A stretch of 64,000 bases of DNA, taken from positions 832,001 through 896,000 of the forward strand of contig OZ219918.1 of assembly GCA_964291415.2 (NCBI GenBank), read 5' to 3'. Below the pieces are notes generated by a model, which saw only the letters and a list, made by a program, of their open reading frames with translations, was not told the origin of the DNA and ran no database searches. The DNA is from Alphaproteobacteria bacterium (lineage in GTDB: Bacteria; Pseudomonadota; Alphaproteobacteria; SP197). The position numbers and the translations under genes were made by a program. Positions 58,820 through 64,000 of this stretch are shown here, piece after piece; the stretch's first letter is position 1; each line of letters starts with the position of its first letter.

Positions 58820-59791
58820 CTATTCGAGCCAGGATTTCCAGGTTTCCTCGTTGGCTTCGATCCACTGCTCGGCAACTGTCCGGGTCGGCACGCCATCCAC
58901 GTCGCTCATGTAGACCATTTCACCCATGGTCTTGCCGTCGAGCTGGAACTTGCGCCAGACGTCATAGGCCTTCGGCCAGATGGATTCGCCACCCTTCCAG
59001 GCGGATTTCCACATGTGGCCACGTGGACGTCCGCAGTCGTACGCCATCGTCGAATTGGGTCCCCAGGACGGGTCGTCGTAGCAGGCGTCCTCGTACTCCG
59101 GCCACTCGACGAACTCGCCTTCGTAGAGCGCAGGCAACCAGAACGGTTCCCATGTCCAGCCGACGATCGGCTGCTTGCGTTTGATGGCCGCGGTGAACTC
59201 GGCGGTCAGGGCGCCGTCGCTCCCTGCGTGAATCACCTCGAAGGGCATGTCCAGCGCGGCGACGCGCTCCGCATCGTGACCACCCCACTCGATGGGACCG
59301 CTCAAGAACCGCGCCTTGGGCGCTGTCTCGGCGACCGACAGGGCCTCCACGCAATCCGGTTCAAGCAATGCCTTCCAGTCGGGGAGTCCCGGACACACGT
59401 CCTTGACGTACATCGGGTACCACCAGTCCTCGTTCACGGCGATTCCCATGTTGCCCATGTTGAGGACCTCACCGCTTCCCCAGGCGTCGGCCATCGCCGC
59501 CTTGGCTGTCGTATCCCATCCGGGGGATCCGATGTGCAGATCACCGGCTTTCAGGCCTGCGAACTGACCGAGGTAGTCTGCCGGAGTGTACTCTACGTTG
59601 TAGCCGAGCTTTTCGATCAGCGTCCCGTAGATGTACATAATGATGTTGTCGCCGGAGTAACCCATGATGACGAGCTTGATCGGATCCTTGGATTCCGGGG
59701 TTTCGGCACTCGCAGGCGTCATGAATCCGGACCCTGCCATGAGCCCTGCAATCACCGCTGCCGCCATGAATCGACGTGTTTTCTGCAACAT
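58820..59791 (-). CDS. quaternary-amine-type ABC substrate-binding protein (ProX/TmoX-like)
   Basis: signal peptide, PESKDPIKL, ADYLGQF, EDWWYP, CPGLPDW, CYDDP.WG, DCG.P; GAGGAGG RBS. Confidence 0.85.
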   Translation of the reverse strand: MLQKTRRFMAAAVIAGLMAGSGFMTPASAETPESKDPIKLVIMGYSGDNIIMYIYGTLIEKLGYNVEYTPADYLGQFAGLKAGDLHIGSPGWDTTAKAAMADAWGSGEVLNMGNMGIAVNEDWWYPMYVKDVCPGLPDWKALLEPDCVEALSVAETAPKARFLSGPIEWGGHDAERVAALDMPFEVIHAGSDGALTAEFTAAIKRKQPIVGWTWEPFWLPALYEGEFVEWPEYEDACYDDPSWGPNSTMAYDCGRPRGHMWKSAWKGGESIWPKAYDVWRKFQLDGKTMGEMVYMSDVDGVPTRTVAEQWIEANEETWKSWLE

Positions 59792-59954
59792 GGCCACCTC
59801 CTCGATGAACTCGTGCGTGCTTGTGCTCCCGATCGTTGGGATGCTGAATGCATGTCAATAGTATCCCGGTTTCGAAAAAGAACAAGCAATGAAATGCGTG
59901 TTATCGATTGTTTTGGAGTGACGAATGATCGACTCGGATGTACAGAACAGACAT

Positions 59955-60755
59955 ATGGGATCTGGAGTCAGGAACACCGCGGGCCGTCGCCTCGAGATTC
60001 AGAGACGACTGCTGGTTGAAGGGGCAGTCACCGTCGAGGCGCTGTCGCGTGATCTCGGCGTATCGGAGGCTACGGTCCGGCGCGACCTTACGATTCTCAG
60101 CGAAGAGGGATCGGTTCGCCGAACCCATGGAGGTGCGGTCATCGAGGCGCCGCGCGGTGCCGACCAGGCTTTCGCCCTGCGCGAGCAACTCGACTCGGAT
60201 GCCAAGAGGCTCATAGCCCGCTCCGCGCTGTCTCTGGTCGATCCCGATCAGACGCTGTTCATGAACGACGGTTCGACCGTCCTCGCGCTTGCGAGGGAAC
60301 TGGTCGCTGAGCGTGTCGCCTTGACCATCGTGACACCTGGCGTGAACATCGCGACGTACCTTTCGGAGAATCCCGCCGTCACGGCCTACCTCCTAGGCGG
60401 TCGGGTTCGGCACCGCACGCTCGGAACCTCGGGCGGCTTCGCCGAGGAGATGCTCGCTACGTTCAATGCCGACATCGCGTTCATCGCAGCCGAAGGGTTC
60501 TCGGTGCGCGACGGACTGTCGTTTTCATACGAGTCCGATGCCCGGATCGCCCGCCTGATGAGCCAGCGGGCGACGAGAACGATCGTTCTGGCGACGTCGC
60601 GGAAACTGGACCAGAGAGATCGAATTGTCGCCTTGCCTTCTGCGGCGGTCGACACTCTGATTACCGATTGTTCCGACCATGAGCGGCTGGCGAACTTCTC
60701 GAGTGCGGGTATCGATGTGGTTTCCTGTGCCGGAACAAGCGGAGCAACGCGCTGA
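59955..60755 (+). CDS. DeoR/GlpR family transcriptional regulator
   Basis: LGVSEATVRRDL HTH, RTHGGA, NDGST; divergent from the transporter operon. Confidence 0.92.
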   Translation: MGSGVRNTAGRRLEIQRRLLVEGAVTVEALSRDLGVSEATVRRDLTILSEEGSVRRTHGGAVIEAPRGADQAFALREQLDSDAKRLIARSALSLVDPDQTLFMNDGSTVLALARELVAERVALTIVTPGVNIATYLSENPAVTAYLLGGRVRHRTLGTSGGFAEEMLATFNADIAFIAAEGFSVRDGLSFSYESDARIARLMSQRATRTIVLATSRKLDQRDRIVALPSAAVDTLITDCSDHERLANFSSAGIDVVSCAGTSGATR

Positions 60756-61103
60756 GTTTCGGGTAGGCGCCTTCCGGTACCTGTTGTGTCCGGAGTTGGA
60801 CCTTCAAGATCCGAGTGGTGTTGACGTCGCGCGCATCAGGTCATGCGGAAGCACGGCGAGAGCTGCCAGGCCCTTCACATGGTCCGTATCCTGCCTGGCG
60901 GCCGCAATAGCCCACGCCTGCGGGTGTGTGCCGCCGAGCGCTATCGCCCGATGGAAGGCGAAATGCAGCAGAATCCCGAGCTGCCGGTCAGAGAACCGGC
61001 TGTCACGGTGGACCTTGGTGAAGCCTCTCATCGGTGAGTGAACGCCGACTATGGATTTGGGCGGCCCGCGAAGATGCGGAAGGTCGCCTTTCCGGGAAAA
61101 AGG

Positions 61104-61393
61104 GGGCAATTCCCATGAACTGGGCGAGTGCGCGGTTTACTGCGATCATGTCGGCATCGTCGAGATGTCCGAAAACCTGATCCACCATGACGTAGGATCG
61201 CACGCGCAGACCATTGCCTTCGGAGGGTGCAACCGGAACACGGGATCAGCCGAGTGTCCAGCGCCATCGAGTTCGGTAGCGCGACAGTGATCGAGGGTGT
61301 CAGATCGGCGAAATGGTGACTGAATCAGCAGGGGGGACGCGACCTACCGTGTTCACTCTGCAAGGCGATGCTGGCGAAGTCGTCGCCCCTCAC
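61104..61393 (-). pseudogene. PemK/MazF toxin remnant
   Basis: fragments VRGDD..IALQ..GRSRP, PSEGNGLR..SYVMVD, FGHLDDADMIAVNRALAQFMGI across frames; GTGA overlap with antitoxin. Confidence 0.7.
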
Positions 61394-61638
61394 TCGCGGT
61401 GTCCGGCTTTGAGGGCGTCGAGGTGCTCAGCGAGATCGGCTGCGGCGGCGTCCATGAACTGCAAGAGTTCCGGGTCGGCGCCGTTGGCTTCGTCGACGAT
61501 CGCTGCCTGGCGGCCGCACTCTTCGACGAAGTCGGGGGCCCGGGTGTCGGGAACCCGGATCTGGACCTTCAGGCCTTGGGCCCTGCGTGCGGCTCTGTGC
61601 TTGTCCGCGCATTGCGCGCCGGTGGATGCAGAGGACAT
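61390..61638 (-). CDS. MazE-like (DUF3018-type) antitoxin, possibly degenerate
   Basis: KHRAARRAQGLKVQIRVPDTRAPDFVEEC.RQA. Confidence 0.75.
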   Translation of the reverse strand: MSSASTGAQCADKHRAARRAQGLKVQIRVPDTRAPDFVEECGRQAAIVDEANGADPELLQFMDAAAADLAEHLDALKAGHRE

Positions 61639-61980
61639 GGTGCCGCTCCTGTCGGATCAACGCACTTTACGTGTAGCGCATTTGGTTGTTGCCAGAAGCG
61701 TCCACGGTTCCTCGACGTTTTTCGCGCCGACGTTTCGCGGGGAGCCAGCGCTGGATCCCCGTTTCCGTCATGACCGCATCCACCTTCGCCTCCGGCACCA
61801 GGCCTTTCGGAATCTGCATGTCGAGCCGTACCGTCGGCTCGTCTCCATTGTGGCCCTGGCCCATGAGCCCCCCTTGTCTTCGAATCGGGCGCCGCCCCGA
61901 AAGCACGTTCCCGCCACCGTCTCCTCGTGGTTCTTCGCGGGCGTCCCGGGTCCTGTCGTGACGATTGTCACTGACCTGCG

Positions 61981-64000
61981 TTATCCGCGCATGCGAGTGC
62001 CTCGGGGATCATAGGCTGCCTGTTTCAGGGGGCGCATCGGGAGTTTCCTTTGGCCCAGCCCGATCTCGTAGGATCCTTCGAGCAGCGTCCGGAACGGCGC
62101 ACCACGCGGGCAGGCGACGTAGCCCATGCTGAGCGAAAGCCCGGTCCGAAATCCGCGGCAACCCGATGTGGTGTGCCCGGCGAGGACCCCGTTGCGATAG
62201 ATGGGTTCATCGTGGAGCAGCATGGGCTCGGCATCTTCGACGGCGAACATCAGGAGGTGTCGTTCCACACCCGTCTCGCGCCGTCGATGCAGCGCGTTGC
62301 AACCGAGGAATCCGCCCGGCTTGTCCCAGGCGACGGCGAACGCTAGACCGGCTTCAAGGGGTGTGGAGTCCGGCCCCAGTTCGTGCCCCCAGTGACGGAA
62401 GCCCTTTTCGATCCGGCAACTGTCAAGGACCAGCATTCCCGCGTGTGAGAGACCATGGCCTGCGCCGGCCTCAAAGAGGGTCTCGTAGACATGACCGGCG
62501 TACTCGACCGGCACACCAAGCTCCCAGCCCAGTTCGCCGGCAAAGCTGATTCGGGTGGCGCGCACCGGCGCCATTCCCAGGGTGATGCGCTGCATCGTTG
62601 CAAACGGGAACGCCTCCGGAGACAGATCAGCATCCGTCACCCGAGACATCAAATCACGGGACAGAGGCCCCATGAGGCCGAGGACACACTCGGTCATGGT
62701 GGCATCACCGATTGTGACGTCGAGTTCCAGCCTGGCTCGTTGTCGTTCGATCCATGCTAGATCCTTCTGGCGTGTCGCGGCGCCGCTCACCATGCGAAAG
62801 CGTGTCTCGCTTTCACGCGTGACCGTGACGTCGGCCTCAATTCCGCCGTGGCGGTTCAGCATCGGCGTGTAGACGACCTTGCCCTCGGCAACGTCGACGT
62901 CGTTGGCGCAGAGGTGCTGCACCAGGACAAGGCAATCACGCCCGGCAATGTCGATTTTTGTGAAGGGAGAAAGATCAAGGAGCGCGACCCGGTCACGGAT
63001 CGCTGCACCCTCTCTGGCGGCAGCCGGCCACCAGCACTGCGGACCATAACTGTAGCGGAACGATCGTTCATCCCTCGTGGTGGCGAACCAGAGGGGTCTC
63101 TCCCACCCAGCGGCCTCGCCAAGGAAGGCGCCGGCCCGTTCGTGGCAGTCGTGCAGGACGGAGCGACGGAGGCCCCGCGCCGTGGCCATCTGCCGCAACG
63201 GCCAGTGCATGGCCAGTTGATTCGCGACGGCTTCGTCCATGCGCTGAACGAGAAACGATTTCGTTGCGGCGCTTCGGTCGAATCGGGCGATATCGACCTC
63301 CCAGAGATCCATCGGAGGCTCGCCCGCATCGATCCATTCTGCCATGGCCTTGCCGACTCCCGCAGACGACATCATGCCGATGGAGTTCATGCCCGCCGCG
63401 ACATAAAAGCCACGCAGGTAGGGCGACTCTCCCATGAGCTGCCTGGTGTCGGGAGTGAAGCTCTCCGGCCCGTTCATGAAGTGCTGAATGCCGGTTTCGG
63501 AGAGACGGGGCATGCGGTGCAGCCCTGCCTTCATGAAGGGTTCAAACTGATCCCAGTCCTCGGGCAACTCGAGGAATGCACGATCACCATCAGGACCCGT
63601 GGCATCCCACACCTTGGGGCAGGGTTCGAATCCGCCCAGGACCACCTTTCCCGTGTCGCCCTTGATGTAGATACCGTTGTCGAGGTCGCGAAACACGGGC
63701 AACGGATCGGTGAGTCCGCTCATGGATTCGGTGACCACGTACATGTGTTCGACGGCCTGCAACGGCACGGGAACCCCCGCCATGCGCCCGATCTCGCGCG
63801 CCCAGGCACCCGCACAGTTAACCACGCTCTTGCAGCGAATAGTCTCGCCGCTGGAAAGCCGGACGGCGCGGACGCAGCCGTGTTCGGCGACGATGCCCGT
63901 ACAGGCCACGTTCTCGGCAATGCGTATGCCTCCGGCACGCGCACCCTTCGCATAAGCCATACAGAGATCGACAGGATTGGCCTGGGCATCCTTGGCGACC
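61981..64000 (-). CDS. GcvT-family sarcosine/dimethylglycine dehydrogenase-like protein, 5' part outside window
   Basis: NGPESFTPD, GWERP.WF, GGIEADVT, GELGWEL, RIEKG..HWG, YDP.G.RMR. Confidence 0.9.
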   Translation of the reverse strand, partial: VAKDAQANPVDLCMAYAKGARAGGIRIAENVACTGIVAEHGCVRAVRLSSGETIRCKSVVNCAGAWAREIGRMAGVPVPLQAVEHMYVVTESMSGLTDPLPVFRDLDNGIYIKGDTGKVVLGGFEPCPKVWDATGPDGDRAFLELPEDWDQFEPFMKAGLHRMPRLSETGIQHFMNGPESFTPDTRQLMGESPYLRGFYVAAGMNSIGMMSSAGVGKAMAEWIDAGEPPMDLWEVDIARFDRSAATKSFLVQRMDEAVANQLAMHWPLRQMATARGLRRSVLHDCHERAGAFLGEAAGWERPLWFATTRDERSFRYSYGPQCWWPAAAREGAAIRDRVALLDLSPFTKIDIAGRDCLVLVQHLCANDVDVAEGKVVYTPMLNRHGGIEADVTVTRESETRFRMVSGAATRQKDLAWIERQRARLELDVTIGDATMTECVLGLMGPLSRDLMSRVTDADLSPEAFPFATMQRITLGMAPVRATRISFAGELGWELGVPVEYAGHVYETLFEAGAGHGLSHAGMLVLDSCRIEKGFRHWGHELGPDSTPLEAGLAFAVAWDKPGGFLGCNALHRRRETGVERHLLMFAVEDAEPMLLHDEPIYRNGVLAGHTTSGCRGFRTGLSLSMGYVACPRGAPFRTLLEGSYEIGLGQRKLPMRPLKQAAYDPRGTRMRG

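Noticed and set aside
60790-61050. Short ORFs after the DeoR gene and at 61667-61970
   Set aside because: No recognisable motifs; cannot be distinguished from chance ORFs

Overview
GC-rich bacterial chromosome segment, most likely alphaproteobacterial (rpoD/dnaG/yqeY/carAB, argD-argF-hslO and ELM1/hspQ/trxB/LysR gene contexts). Core blocks: aspAT, msrP, LysR-trxB, hspQ, carAB, yqeY-dnaG-rpoD-tRNA-Ile2, mlaAC, argD-argF-hslO, argE-trkH-folE-apaG, tRNA-Gly. They are interleaved with accessory catabolic modules and many short gene remnants. Highlights: (1) a DeoR-linked betaine-type ABC binding protein/permease + glpA-glpB-kinase-glpC-like operon whose kinase and GlpA carry changes at glycerol(-phosphate)-binding motifs, a candidate pathway for an unknown glycerol-like substrate; (2) a compact, translationally coupled tsaE-tsaB-tsaC-tsaD (t6A) operon starting just after a duplicated 3' end of tRNA-Ile2 and flanked by two direct-repeat-bounded islets, one bounded by a copy of the tsaD 3' end; (3) a radical SAM/SPASM gene coupled to an oxalate-CoA ligase-like and a PanE-like gene; (4) an esterase gene scrambled by several short templated duplications. 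All calls come from reading the sequence and recalling family motifs; no database searches were run.
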